Positions 37,583 through 51,594 of a DNA stretch of 64,000 nucleotides are shown here, in pieces; the first letter of the stretch is position 1; each line of letters opens with the position of its first letter. A model generated the notes under the pieces. That model was given only the letters and a program-made list of their open reading frames with translations. It did no database searches and had not been told where the DNA came from. Location of the stretch: positions 930,001-994,000 of the forward strand of contig RSEE01000002.1 of the NCBI GenBank assembly GCA_003971905.1, given 5' to 3'. A program made the position numbers and the translations under genes. The stretch comes from Moniliella sp. 'wahieum' (taxonomy: Eukaryota).

Positions 37583-39570
37583 ATGAGCGGCTCGTCACTC
37601 CTCTACGGACCCGCCGCGCCACCTCGGCCACTTCCACCGCAACCACCGGCCGCAATGCCAAGCAGTCCAAGTGGGCCGGCTGGGCCAACACGGCGTGAGC
37701 AAGAGCGTCAAGATCTCCGACTGGGCCGCCGGCTACATCAACGGCATGAGCCACCATTTTGGTGCCGAGCGTTTCTGGCCCTGCTCGGGCGACTATGTGG
37801 AGGAGATTGAAAAGTGTGTGCGATCGTGACCGGTTCACCAAAGATGGGTTTGTGCACGAAGAGGAGCAGGTCGTCGCCGAGGACGATCCCAATGGCAGAC
37901 AAAGACGTGGTGGAGGAGCAGATTATTGGTCCCGATGGCAAGCCCATCACCAAAGAGGAGGCAGCAAGCTGGCCCCTGAAGAAACCCGCACAGAAAGATC
38001 ACGCGCCACATCAAAAAAGTCAAAAATACGAGGTCCGTCTTGGCTTGCCTGTGTTTGTTGCGCCACGTTTGCCCTCTGTACTAACACTACGCTTGGCCCG
38101 GACGCATTGATTTCCTCGTGGTAGATCCCCCCCGAGGTTCTCAAACAGGCTCGTGGGATCGCCATCTATACGTCCATGCGCAGTGGTATGGCTCCCTTTG
38201 GTGGCTCTGGTGGCTCGGGACTCGTGATGGCCCGTCTGCCAGACGGGTCGTGGTCGCCTCCCTCTTTTATCGCCCCTCAAAACGTCTCGGCCGGTCTGAT
38301 TTGGACTGGATGTGTACGATGTGGTGCTGTTGATCATGTCCGACACGGCGCTGGAAGGGTTTCAAGACGCACAAGGTGACTTTGGGCGCGGAGACGGCCA
38401 TCGCGGCAGGACCGGTAGGTACGGGCTTCAATGGACATGAGTGTCAATGGGGTGGATTGGACCAACTCCAACTCGCAACTGCCCGAGGGGCAGAAACCCA
38501 AGGTGGCCAAGCCACCACCGCCTTTATTTTCCTACACTCGCAACCGCGGGTTTTACGCGGGCTTTGAGGGCATGGCCATGATCTACCTCACCCGGTTCGA
38601 CGAGAACGAGCGGGTGTACCACTGGCCCGGTGTGAGCGGGCGAGACGTGCTGGATGGGCGGGTGCGCAAGCCATACGAGGCACAGCCATTGTACCAAGCC
38701 CTGGCCGCTGCCGAGTCGGGCGTGGCGCAAGCTACACCCTCTGACCTCGCTGGCGATGCGGATACGTCCCAGTCGATCCAGAGCCCTCAATCCCACACTA
38801 GGGAATTGGTCATGGACGATGGCGAGCGTCTCCAACTTCCCCTGACGCCGGAGGAAATGGAATCGATGGAGCTGGCTGGAATTAAAGACCTCAGCAGCGA
38901 CGAGCGCATGGCGGAAGACTACAAAGTGTACATTTGGTCCTTGCCTGCGCCACCTCGGCACCCAGCCGCCTTGGTACGCGCCGAGGGCATTGCTCGGACC
39001 AAGGCAGGCAACCGGTTCGTGGCGCCCAAGAGGATTTCCCTCCCCCAGTCGTCCACCCGCTTTGTTCCCCCCGGCCCGTCTCCCTTAGGGGGCTCACGTA
39101 CCGATCTCACTGCGCCCATTCGGTCAGCGTCCCAAGCAAGCAGGACGTCGTCCAGGGCGGCGGACGTGCTGGACCCTCCTCCCGCCTACCCGACCAGTCC
39201 GAATCTGGGTTTGCTTCCTTTGGAAAAAGAAAAATCAACTGCCCTTCCCGAGGTGGACAGTGCAGAGCACGAACAACCATCGCATTCGGCTCCATTGACT
39301 TCCTCGGCTTACCTTGATGACATGCACGACTACCCCCAAGAGAAACGGTGGGACGAGGGTTCGGCTGCCTATGCCGACGCCGACTTCTTCGGTCACCATC
39401 CCAGCTCGACCTCTCTGGTTCACCCCCCCGATAGCGCGATGGGCCCAGGCCCAATGGGAGCCGCACACTCTTCGCCACTGCACACTTTCGCACCAACCTT
39501 TTCTGAAAAGACAACGGACCCGGTCCACCCGGATCTCGTCTCTTCCTATGCATACGAAGCGATCCATTGA
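37583..39570 (+). CDS. Ysc84/SYLF actin-binding domain protein (no SH3 seen)
   Basis: GAERFWP, IPPEVLKQARGIAIYT, GGSGGSGLVMARLPDGSWSPPS, AAGPVG, FSYTRNRGFYAG and RFDENERVY. Intron near 38033-38143. Confidence 0.88.
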
Positions 39571-40520
39571 AAGTGAACCCCACGCTTCAAGCCGGAGCCG
39601 GATAGGGAGGCCCGGCACCGCGCTTTTTCCATTGCTGGAGCTTGTCCATTCACAAACAAAGGCCACGTATACATTTTGGCTGTACGCTCCCTCTTCTTTC
39701 ACTCCTATTACCTCCCGGATTCCGGATTTCACATTTTGGGGCGTTGTGCTCGCCAGACGCCCGCCCTGCTGGATCCCTCACATGTCTACTCTGCAATTGT
39801 TCTCATGCTGCGCATACCACTGGTGTAGCTAGCCTTCCCGCAGCGTTTTGCCCAACCCTTTAGGCTGGTGCAGAGTAGTGATCGGTGGGCTTCGTAGAGA
39901 GACGCTCAAGATGGGCACGAGGACAATCCCGTTCAATTTCAGCGTTCAGGTTCTTGTCTGTTCGCAAACCATCCCGGTCGAGGTCTGATGAGGGAATGTT
40001 GAGGAACGGGATCTATAGTAGGAGACCAAAATGAAAAATCTTGGGTTTATCCAAGGCAAACCCCGCAGCCGTGGAGGGAGGGACTACAACGTAACTCTCG
40101 GTTCGTACCCCTCTTTTCCCTCTCCGCCGTCGGAGTCGATGTCGGAATCGCTGTTGACCCCACTGATGGTGGCACCAGGTGGTTCTTCAGGGGACGGTTC
40201 GTCACCCTGAAAGCAGTCTCCACCACGGGCTCCGGCTCAGGGTTGATACGTCGTGTGTCCCTCGGGCAGCGAATGGTAGGAGGAGTATCTGCACTGACGA
40301 CTGGCAGTTAGTATAGCGACAACGAATACGGCGAGCACACTGAGAGGGGCTCGTAGTCAAACAGAGTCTACTACGTCAAAACCCTGCATGGCAGCACCCT
40401 CGAGGATGCCATGGAACGAGATACGGAAGAAAGCATGATGATAGCAGGATTGGAATAGACGGCAGAACTATGGAAAAGAAAAAAAGGGGGAAGGGGGAAC
40501 AGCAACAATGCAAAAAGAGA

Positions 40521-43500
40521 TTAAATTGATGGCGGTGGGAGATAGAAGAGAGCTGGGAGGGCAAGAGGGAGGGGACGGGCGCATTCCAGCCGAAATCCAT
40601 CCGATCCCCTCAAGAATGCACAACTAAGACCTTGAGTCTTACTCATCTCCACCCATCCCGACCCTGAGCCGGAAGACAGATCGCGGGACAAGGGAGACGG
40701 AGTGTGCCGCTTCTTCTTCAGGCGGGGCCGTTGAGCCGACGCGTTGAAAGAAGCAAAGTCGGCGCCCAAGGCCAAGGACGAATTCGTCGATCCGTTGCCC
40801 AGCGAGGAACCGACCATATCGCGTGGCCGATCCGACGGTGGACCCGAGGCGCCGGCAAACGGGTGAGAAAGGGGATTGGCCGCGGAAACTGAAGTGCACG
40901 TCAAATGAGGATTGCTAGTATCTTTCCCACTCTGCTCGCAGTAGGGTGGCACGGAAGTAGCCCGTGTTGAATGGGAAGATCCAGGCAAGCCCGGCGTGAG
41001 GCTGGTAGAGGTGGCGGTGGTAGAAGATAGCCCGCCAGAATCCAAGCCCAAGTTGGTCCCGTCGCTCGCAGCAGATCCTGTGCCAGATCCTGAATCAGCG
41101 CCTGAACCCGATCCCGAGTTGGATCCCGACCCGCACGACCTCCGGCCCGCCATCGACACTGCTCCCTCTTCCCCTATCGACCAAGGGGCTTGCCGAGCAC
41201 TCGGGAGCGTCGAGGGGAACCCACCCGCCTCCCTCGCTGGGTCTGAAGCGCGCAATAGATCATGTCACGGATAGTTGCGTCGGTCAGGGTGGCCGACTTG
41301 GTGCTGCGGCGGTTCCTTCGCCCTGATGAGCTCGAGCAAGGGGAGACCATGGGGAGAAGCGTGGCTGGAGGCGAGGCGGGCACCACCATGAGCGGCGCGA
41401 ATGGCTTCTTAAGCCGCCGATTGGTATTCTTGAGCTGATGCAGTTCGTAGCACCAGCTCGAGTTGCGCAGCGTCGCCATCTCAGCAAACGTGTTGGCGCG
41501 ATCGGGAGGCGTGGTGGTCGGATCCATGTCCATGACCACATGAGGCACCAGGTCGGTCAGTTGCTCCGATGTGGCACGAGCAATGTGCACCCACACGCTC
41601 ACGTTCCGAGCAGAGCGGTGAGTGGACTCGGGAGAAAAGGGCGTAGAAGTGGATGGATAAAAGCTCGATAAGACGTGAACCCTAGAGCCGTCGCTGCCCG
41701 GAAGGGTGTGCAGGACCGAGCTGGGGGACTGCAGGCGCACGGCCCGCGTCAGTGCAGGCACATCCAACGGATCGCAAACGTCCTTAAACCCACGGCCCAT
41801 CAAGTCCGAGGGCGCGAGACGCAGAACGTTGGTGATGGGAGAGAGCACGTTGAGAAAGAGCCCGTCGGTTGAAACGCGTGCCCAGAATCCCAACTGCGAA
41901 GAAGCCCCATCCAAAACAATCTGCTCCGCTAGATGGTACTCCGGTCGGGGACGGCCCGTCGAGACAACAACTTTACGTCCTTTGCCTTGTTCCAGATGAA
42001 GTCTGCCCGACGACTCGATCCAACGGTAGGTGTTGTCCTTGCAGCGCATACGGAACATGAGGTTGACCGCGGGTGCAGCGTCTCGTAAATTGCGTCCACG
42101 ACGGTGCGATGCCGCGCGTGCGGAAGCTGCAATGGAAGCATTGGAGGTGGAGTCTTTGAGCTCACGGAAGACAGGCACCACGTCGGACGGGTGGGTAAAG
42201 TTGGCAATCGAGCAACCAATCAAGTCGGACGGTTTGAACCCAAGAATCTGCTCGACCGAGGGAGATACGTAAAAGATGGTGCCTTTTAATGACAAATAGG
42301 TCAAATCATGAGAGTTCTCGAGGATTAGGTGGGCCCAACGTTGTCGGTCTGTTATGACCCCTCTCACAGCGTCGGATACGTTGCACCCATTCTCTAGAAT
42401 CCGCTCAGCAGCAAGTTCCTCCTCCGTCTTAACCACAACGGGTGGCTCCCCGGACGGAAGCCCAGAAGCCAACTTTTTCCCATTGGAGCTGGTAGTGAGC
42501 GTGCCGACTTGATGGGGCGTCAGGGAAGGGGTCCAGGATGAGTAGTTGACAAAGTATGATCCGTCTGTCTTTTCCACAATCGACCCAGGCTGTTCAATCG
42601 AGTCAATCTGGAAACCCACCATGTACTTGATTCGATCCGAGTTGTCCCACGCGATCGGCACAATGGTAACCAAGTTGATGAAGGGTCGGCCGTCCTTGCG
42701 ATAATTGATCAAACTTGCCTGGCACTCTTTCTTTTGAGCCACAAAGGAAGCCATGTGTTGGACGGCGAGTTGATCCGTCGCATACCGTTCCGAACCTTTT
42801 ATCACAAGTCCAGCAGGTACTTGAAGGAAACGGCAGTTTCTGCCGAGGACTTCTTCCTTGCCGTACCCCGTCAATCGAAGGAAGGTGTCGGAGCAGTACA
42901 CGATAGGCTGGTCGGGTAGATCCACATCCACAATCGTAAAAGAGCACGACTCATCCACTGGTCCAATCGTGACCATCGGCTTGGGACGGGCGGCTACTTT
43001 AGCCAAGGCAGTAAGGATGTCAAATCCTGAGGACGAATAAACTTTGTTAGGGGTGAGCTCGTTGGGGAGTTGGATTGTACTGTCGCGGTAATGCGTGCTG
43101 GGCAACCCGGTAGCAACGCTGAACCCCACACTTGAGCTTACACCATCTCTGGATTCGTCCCGTCCTTTCGGGATGGAGGTGTGGGATCGATTCGACGGTT
43201 TGAGGGAGGAAGCACCAAGCTGGAAACTCCTTCCGCCCGTCCGTGGGCGGCTGGTTGAGGGCGGATGCAGATCAGGGGTGGACTCTGTGCGGGACAAAGG
43301 ACGCTTCCTCGTATTCGTCTGCTCTCCCGCCACAGAAACAGATCGATTCAGCTGGGATCGACGCTGCTGATGAGCCATAAGGATCTGTTGTTGCTCCTGG
43401 AGGCGACGTTGACGCCGACGTTCTTGCAGTGACATCTTTTTAGAATACGGCCGAGCCTCCGGCGCCCCGACCGTCACTACTTTCCCTGCCGTGTTGGGCA

Positions 43501-44177
43501 GAGCCGCGGGCAAGGTTGCACGCTGGAGCTTGTGCTGCACGAGGGTACGGTGGTACTGGAGGACGCGTTGATGATAATCGGAGTTGTCACTTGGGTGCGT
43601 TGTCTCGGTAGGCTGGGTAGAGACTAGGTTCGGCGCATCGCTTTGAGAATTCGTAGCAAACGGTGGCGCCGTTGTCCCCTGACCTGTTCTGGCTGGGTCG
43701 AGGGGAAGGGTGTCTTGTGTCATGGACAGAGAGGACGTGGGGCGGAATGCAGCCATCATGTCCGAGTCCCGGCTGTGAGCAGCAGGAGTCGTGGAGGAAC
43801 CTTGGATGGGGAATCCTGCAGTCCCAACAGCGCCGTTACTTAGGGGTTCAGCATTAAAATACGACATGGTCGAGACCAAAGAATCGCCATGCTGAACTGT
43901 GGTGGAGTCAGGGAACAGGATCTGTCCAAGCGAATCAAGAGGGAGGTCGAAAATGGACCTGGTACCGCTCGGGATGCAATCCGGATCAAACTGGCCGTCG
44001 ACCGTCCGTACCATGCAGGAGAGATGAGATACCATCACTGCCCAAGTGGGACGGATCAACCAATGTATCCATCGAAGATGTTTGCTCCGAATCGGGCTGA
44101 GGAGGAGGGAACATCGTACCCGTTGAGTCGGACATATCGAACAAAGCGTAGAGGTCGAAATGCGTAGGATCCATCAT
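40521..44177 (-). CDS. wc-1: White Collar-1 blue-light photoreceptor (LOV plus two PAS domains, no GATA finger seen)
   Basis: YSSSGFDILTAL...IGPVD, LOV motif GRNCRFLQ, LINYRKDGRPFINLVT, PAS-B HPSDVVPVFRELK and WCYELHQLKNTNRRL. Frameshifts near both ends. Confidence 0.95.
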
Positions 44178-47100
44178 GGTTAAGCTTTGTTGTTGTTTGA
44201 ATGTTGGAGGATAGGGGAAAGGAATACGGGTGGAGAAGAGGGGTTGGGGTCGTAATAGAGAGGCGTAGCGATACCGGACGCCAAAAAAGAAACAGTAAAA
44301 AGAAGTACTCTACCGAAGGGGAGGCCCTGGAAGCAAAGTACAGGCAAAAAAGCTTCGTGTCAAAGCAGGCCGAAAAGCGGGTGAAATCAACCGAATACGT
44401 GCTTTGAGGGGGAGTTTAGAGTAGTAGCACGATTCTCTAGAGGAAACCAACAAAGGACACCTTGAGACGACCTTGACGAAATCCTTATATGAGGAAATGA
44501 AGGGTCAATCGTGGGCTGAGTAATAAAGGGGGATAACAGCAGAGGAAGCGAATATGTTCGCGAAGTGAGACATACGGAAGGTCAGAGAGCTGGAGAGAAA
44601 TGTGCTTAGTGGGTTATCAAGTGGCCAAAGTAACAACGAGTATCAAAACAGAGAAGCTCGTTTCCGTCTTCGAGTATTAAGCACTGAAATGGCTGGAGTT
44701 TTCAGGATGAATTCTTGGGGCGCGAGACGAGACGAAAGGAAGAGAATATAATGGAATCAGAGACAGGGACGGGAAGGGACGGGTGGAGGCTGTGGAAGTG
44801 TGGTGGAGGGAGTTGTTAGGACGGATGAGGGGAGTTGCGGCAGAGCGTAAATCGGCTGCCTAGAATGGAGAAGAAAGGGGTAAGAGGGGCGGAAGAGGAC
44901 GGGAGTGGAAGGTGGGCGGAGGAGATCGGTAGTGGGACTCGCGTTCAAAAGCGGGGGCAGAACGTTGTCACTGAGAGCGTCCTCGAGGGCGTCAGAAAGA
45001 GTTGACGGACGCTCGGCTAGAGGGGTAGGCAAGGGGAGGTGAAGCGAAGGAGTCGGAGCGGCGTGTCTGGGCTGAGGAGGTGTAGCCAACAGCAGCAGCG
45101 AAAAGATGTGCCTCAGAGACGTGTGCTAGAGGAGAGCAGCGATGGTCACAGCGGTGGCAAGAAAGAGGAAAGTGCTCTGCTCCAACAAGGGCGTTGTAGA
45201 GAGAGCATGCAAACGTGTGGAGCTCGGATGCATGGTGAGACCGGTGAATGACCGTGCGTCGGCATCGACGGCCTTCGGATCGCTATACGCCTCCCCAGGT
45301 GCTCCTTGCACGGGGGTTATGACTGCCAGGGAGCTACCACACTTGCCCTGCGCAGTTGATCTATTGATTAAGATTTGGCTCCGCAGTACCCGACAGCATC
45401 CCTGGTCACATGTCACATGTCACACAAGGCATTGCGTCTGTGTCAAAATACATTGGGGGCCGTACTGCATACTGGCCGAGTGCGTGTTGGGACTCAGATC
45501 TAAGACATGCGACAGACAACATGTGCGCTGTGGTGCCTTGAAGTTTGAAGCTTGGTGCATGATGCATGATGCATGATGCGAGATGCACCATCCCGCTCTG
45601 CCACTGAGGACTCAGACTGAGTATGGACAGTACTCCCCGCCCTCAGTTGGGGCTAAAATGTAGAATTAGAATGGGAATCACATGCATCACGTGTGATCGT
45701 GTGACAGTAGATGATATGTCCGCACCGGCATATGTCCTGTATGACGCACCCAGCTGTTGCAGGGGTTAACTAGTAACGAGCAACGCGCGCAACGCGTAAC
45801 GATTAACTCCTAAGATCCTAAGGCCGTAGACTTTAATCGGGGAAAAGTTGCAAGCTCCCACACCAGGCATCCGACTAACAGCGCTACGGCCGCCTGTGGC
45901 GAAGGTGGAAAGGTGGCGTGTGGCTGGGACAAGTGCTGGTGTGATCCGAATGTGATACATTCGCTCTGTCACGGGGTCACTCATCGGTTCCCACATGTCA
46001 CGTACATCACAGCCTGTATGACGCTTGCCACATGTCGGTCACGCGGCACCGTCACACCTGAGGCTCAGGCCACACACAGTAAGGCCTTAAGGCCTAAAGC
46101 CTAAGGCCACCCAGATCTCAGGATCACGGATCCGTTTTCCTTCCATCGTCAGCGGCTCAGCCACCATCCATATCAGAATGCAATCGCGCCATCAGTACTG
46201 CTGTCCTTTTCCACAAACGTATCCAAGTCGACCTCCTCGTTGTGGTGGGGGCACTTTGGATGGTATCCACATGCTCTGCATGCCAACCCACCCCCACCCC
46301 TCCTTCGTACCTCTGGTATCCACACCTACCACACTACACACTCTCTCAATGGATGACGCATGATGTGTGGCGCTCGATTCAAACTCGAGATCTCCACACA
46401 ACACATGTGTGGAAATGAGTGAAAAGGGCCATCCACATCATTTTACAAGGCTTTATAGGCAGAAACGCTTCGCCCTCCACTGGCTGACCTCGGGTCGGCC
46501 CCAGGAAGGCCTCATCGACTCATCGACCATGGACTCATCGACCATCGACTCATCGACCATCCCTCATTCGGCGCGTGTGCTTTGCAAGGAAGAAAGCATG
46601 TTACAAATGAAATTCACGAGACCTATATATACTTCACCGAGAGAACGACGTGCAACATGTATAACTGTACTTGCACTGCAGAGCTGCCAGTACGCTCTAA
46701 GATCTCAGACTGAGATCCGAGAGAGGGGCCTCTGAAGCTCTGAGATCTGAAGCTTGAAGTTCAAGCCTGTGAGGGATCTGAGTGCCTGAGCCTCAGGGGC
46801 GTCGCTCTAAGATCTGCCCGCAACTGGGGGTAGGTTGCCAGCCTTGTCCCTCTGCAGAGAATGGTAGACTACCGGTGATGTGTGTGCTTATCGAGCACAC
46901 TTGGCACACCACCTCCCAGATCGATCGTGGGGCATTCAGGACGGGGCAATCGTGTCACACCTGTCACATGTGACACATGTTGTGTTGCTCACAGCGGCTC
47001 AGCGATGAGGCCTGAGGCGCATCGATCATCATGCTCATCGATCGCGAAGGGGTTGCTGGTTGGACACGTTGGCGCTATTAAGCGCTGGGCGGCTGAAGTT

Positions 47101-47411
47101 TTTGAAGCTTGAAGCTTTTGAAGCTCGCCCCCAAATGGCATAATATTGTATCTCATCACCTGCATCACCACTTTCCGCCTTCTTCTCTGGGCTCCCGTCT
47201 CCCTCGCAGCTTCAAGCTTCCTTTTCAAGCTTCACTGCGGTCACCGTGACATGTGACATGTGACAGTAGGTCAAGTGACCGGTGACCACAGTCACTAGTC
47301 AAGCCGGCAATAACCTTAATAACCGGTAACCCCTATAGATATGGGCCCTGATATATGATAGACGTTGCACACCATTTGTCACATGTCACCGGCCGTACCG
47401 AATCTCTATGT

Positions 47412-47571
47412 TGTGTGCATTCCATTGACAGAGCTTAAGGCTGGGACAGGGGGAACGCTACGTCTAAACCGAACCGTTCATCTTGCGGGGGTTACTTGGA
47501 AGCGCCACCAAGATTAAGGGACCAGGGGGATCGCCAGGATATCAGGACCCTCCGGCTCACGCCATCCGGTC
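47412..47571 (-). mobile_element. 160-bp 5'-truncated copy of the RLE retrotransposon with 8-bp TSD ACATAGAG
   Basis: Nearly identical to about 47860-48018. Plus-strand ctctatgt occurs at both 47404-47411 and 47572-47579. Confidence 0.88.
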
Positions 47572-47597
47572 CTCTATGTCATATGCAAAATTGATCC

Positions 47598-47850
47598 GCC
47601 GTGCATCTTTACGTCATAGGCACGTGCCGACCGGTGCCACGTTCCCAGCCACCCGCAGCCAGCGCGTATCGGTGATATTATAACTACGGTGGCGAAGGGG
47701 GGAACGGTGGCTAAGGTGGCAATGGTGGACCGGGGGAACGGTGGCTAAGCTGGCGACGGGGGAACGGTGGCTACGGTGGCGGCTGCGACGCAGCACCAAG
47801 CTGGGGCGAAGCCCAGCTGACCGGGCCGTAGGCCCGGTGGTCTCCTCGTA
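47598..47850 (-). mobile_element. Isolated, diverged 5'-UTR fragment of the RLE retrotransposon, head-to-tail with the full-length copy
   Basis: Matches 51391-51658: cacgttcccagccacccgcagccag, the ggaacggtggctaaggtggc repeats, the twin hairpins and terminal tcctcgta. Confidence 0.88.
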
Positions 47851-47960
47851 TCTCTATATTGTGTGCATTCCATTGACAGAGCTTAAGGCTGGGACAGGGG
47901 GAACGCTACGTCTAAACCGAACCGTTCATCTTGCGGGGTTACTTGGAAGCGCCACCAAGA

Positions 47961-50900
47961 TTAAGGGACCAGGGGATCGCCAGGATATCAGGACCCTCCG
48001 GCTCACGCCATCCGGTCCCGTACCCTAGGAAGCGCGTGTGGACACGGAGGAACGTGGTTGACATACGAGCGAGGAACCATTTCCACTGAGACTTAGTAGC
48101 CAACTCCTTCCAATGCGCAAACAACTTGCCCGCCGTCTTGGTGCCGTAGTATCCTCGCGTCGTCAAAACCAGGGGGAAAAACGGTTCTTGAGTGCGTCCC
48201 TGGTACTTGGCGTTCTTGTCGCATTCTGCTTGTTCAAGCAGCCGAAGCAGTTCCTTCTCCCGGCGTTCCAAAGGCGACGCAGTGCTCTCATGCACCACCC
48301 GCCGGTACGCGCTCTGCGCCTCCTGCGATCCCGTGTCGCGCAGCGTGTGGTCTACCTCCATTCCGGTTCCTCCCAGTGCTCCGGGCCCCATCACGCGGTA
48401 ATCGGTGCGCTGTGCCTTCCGTCCGCGCCTCGTCCCATCCTCTTCCTCCACCATAGGTTCGTTGTGGACGTGGGTGTCGGGGATGGAGCGGAGGAGCTGG
48501 AGAATGGGCTCCCGCACTGCCTCATGCAACGCACCAAACTTGGCCTGGGTGCGGGTGCAGGACATGATGTTCCAGCGAGGACATGACGCCGCACTTGCAC
48601 ATGCTGCGCGTGGTGCGGCACAGCGTGCGGAGCTGGAGACCAACCTGGACCTGCTGGTCAGAGAGCTTGAGGTACGGGACGGATGGAATAGCGGAGAGCC
48701 AGTTGTGGCTCAGCGGGTTGCTGTGCTCAACCACATGACGACCATCGGCAGCGTCCAGCTTCTGGAGCAGCTCCTGTCGACTTTGCTCCCACATCTCGCG
48801 CAGCTGGCGTTGCTTCGTAAATGCGTTGGCCCTTGCCGTTTGCGGTCCCGAACGGTCAACATAAGTGGTAATAAGATAGTCGTTGACCTCGTTGGCCGCG
48901 GCACGGGCGTGGGGCGCAATATACGAGTAAAGCGGGCTGCCACATCCTCCCAGCCGAAGAGGCAGGCTCATGAGCATGTCGAAGTGGTCGTCCTTGGCAC
49001 CTTGGGGATCCTCGTCGCCCCGGATCCGTCTGAACTCCGTACAGATGAAGGCATCAATCTCGGCCAGCACGTCGTCTAGCTCTCCTTCCATCTGCATGGT
49101 GCGGAGCAGGTGGCGCAGCTTGGTCTGAGTGCTGAGCCGCCATAGTAAGAGGCGTCCCTGGCGGGTGATGCCATCAAACTTAGGCATGTTCTCCCTCAGA
49201 CTGGCCAGTTGGGCCCGGAGCCACGATCGACGACAGTCTACCCCTCCCACACAAGTGCCCAGAACCTGCAGACCATCCACCCGAATCTGGTCCCGGTCCC
49301 GCTCGACACACTTGCGCAGGTTGAGCTTGAGGCCTGACGCGTCGTCTTCCAAAATCTCCGCGGCTAGGCCGGTAATGCCTGGCCCTGGACCGAAGATCGT
49401 AATGTCGTCCAGGTATGCCATCACCAGGTGCCCCGGCGGCAGGTCCTGTTCCAGTTTCTCCAGCGTGGGCCGCACTGCGATGGAGAAGAAAAAGGGGGCG
49501 AGGGGGTCGCCCTGCCGTACGCCCTCTGCCGACAGGACGTTGGTCTCATTTCCGCCCGACGCGACCCAGAGCTGGGTGGGGGAACCATAGATCCATCGGC
49601 CCAACGTGAGGAGATGGGGGGCGTAGGCATGGAGCGCCTTGGCGAGTGTGCGACGGCGCACAGTGTTGAAGGCGTTGGTAAAGTCGAGCATGGCGACGTG
49701 GCTGAAGTCGCCCAGTTCCGCATCGTTCTCCCCGCCTGGCGCTGTCATGCGCTCGACCATCCGTACGATAGGCTCCACCCCGTTTTGCGATGCTACTCCC
49801 AACTGGGTGGGGAGAAGCCAGCTGTTGGGGGCGATCGCTCGAGCGATGGCCTTGGCGCACAGGCGGTAGATCAGCTCCCCACAGGCGATGGGGCGGATGC
49901 CTCCCGATGCCTTCTCCAGGGGGGTGAGGCGGGAGGCCAACAGGAGCTCGCGTCCTGGGGCGGTGCCGTGGTAAATACTCTTGGTGAGGGCGGTGAGAAA
50001 GGCGACGAAGCGCTTGCATTCAAGGGCCGTTCGTAGGAGGGGCTGGGTCCACCCGGATAGACCTGCCCCAACGTCGATTCTGAACGTGGCAATCAAGGCA
50101 ACAAAGTCGATTTCGTCCAAGTCCACCACGATACGGTCACTGTCCGTCGTGTCGGTGAGGGTGGTGCCCGGCGGTACCACGCGGCCTGTGTGGGTGGGAC
50201 GAGTGCGGGTGGTGGTGTTGCCAAAGGCTGTGCCCGGGCCGAGGCTGAAGGGGTTCGCCTCTCCAACGGGATGGAGCTTTTCCAGGCTTGCCTGGGTCTC
50301 GGTGGTGAGAGGGGCAATGGTGGATTGGCCGACGAGGGTACTTGCTGCGCGGCTGCAGCCCTCCCGAATGAGGCGGTCGGCCTTGGTGACTGGGTCGAGT
50401 GCCTCGCGCGTTGAGAAGTCGGGGGGCGGAGGGAGTTGCCAGGCGCTGTTGGGGTACGTCCCGATGAGGTTGTTGTCCTTGTTGTGGTAGCGGAGTACTT
50501 CCTTAGGCACCGCTAGAATATCCATCAGGTGTGCTGACGAGGGCTCCTGCAAGTAAGCGTCCGCCAAACGGCCGAGCATCTGGAGGAAAGGGCGCTTCAG
50601 GTGTGGCGGTATCTTGCGTGTGCCTGGGCGCTCGGCCAGGGCGGTCAAACGGGGAAGGAGGTCGGCCCCCGTGTCGGTCGAGGGGTTGCGCGGTCGTCTG
50701 GTGGCGGTGGTGGTGGGGGCGCGGCGCGGCGGCGGGGGGGCGGTGTGCGCGGGGGCGCGGGGGGGTTGAGGGGTCGGGCGTGCGGCGGGGGGGGCTGTCT
50801 GCGCGGGGGCGCGGCGCGGGCGTGGGGTAGTGGGGCGTGGGGTCTCGGCGCCGTAGCCATTGGTTGGCTGTTCGGAGCCCAGCCGGGGGCTGCGGCGCCG

Positions 50901-51358
50901 GGGGGTGGCGAGTTGGGGGTTGGGGAGGAGGGGCGTGCCTTGACCCGGTACTTCGGGCACCGGGTTCCTGGCTTCGGAGTTGCGGGGGCAGCGGGCCCTG
51001 TTGTGGCCAGGGTTCGTGCAAAGGGAGCAATGATACTCGCGCTTGGAGGGTGAGTCGGTGGCGGGGGGGGCGGGGGTGGTGGGGATGGGGGTGGGGGTGG
51101 CGGCGGGCGGGGCGGGCGTGTCACGTGCCAGGACCCCAGGTGGCAGCAAGCCGGCGCCGGTCACGTGGTCAGGCATCTGCTCAGGTTGAGTGAATGTCTC
51201 ATCGACCGGCACTTGGTGCTCTGGGGCCAAAGGGGCGGGCGTGGGGGAAAGGGCGGGTGTGGGGGACGGGGCGGGAGCGGGGGCGGGGCTCCCGGGGAGG
51301 GGGGGTCTCGGGCGCCAGGACCTCCTCGGGGATCCGCCATACGGGTGCGCAACACCAT
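47961..51358 (-). CDS. Retrotransposon polyprotein: CCHC knuckle, Pro-rich linker, RT, Cys/His finger, restriction-like endonuclease
   Basis: Knuckle CSLCTNPGHNRARC. RT motifs IRPIACGE, QLGV, DFTNAFN, GVRQGDPLAP and AYLDD. Finger CKC..H..C, then HEAV, RTD..EVDHT..KNAKY..FFPLVLTTRG. About three frameshifts (near 51240, 48565 and 47972). Confidence 0.92.
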
Positions 51359-51494
51359 GGGCGGTGCCGGGTGGTCGAAATCGGTTGGTTGCCCTGCACT
51401 TTTTACCTCAGCTGCCCCGTGACACGTTCCCAGCCACCCGCAGCCAGAGTATCGGTGATATTATTTGCCCTCTCCAGCGTGGAAGGGTTCCAGC

Positions 51495-51594
51495 GTGGAA
51501 CGGTAGCGACGGTGGAACGGTGGCTAAGGTGGCGAAGGGGACCGGTGGCTAAGGTGGCGATGGTGGGCCGGGGGAACGGTGGCTAAGGTGGCGA
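51495..51594. repeat. Imperfect G-rich repeats (GGAACGGTGGCTAAGGTGGCGA) in the element 5' UTR
   Basis: Three to four units visible; a differently arranged set lies at 47686-47780. Confidence 0.85.

Noticed and set aside
40521..41300. Missing GATA zinc finger in WC-1 as a novelty
   Set aside because: Absence of the zinc finger is already known for basidiomycete WC-1 homologues.
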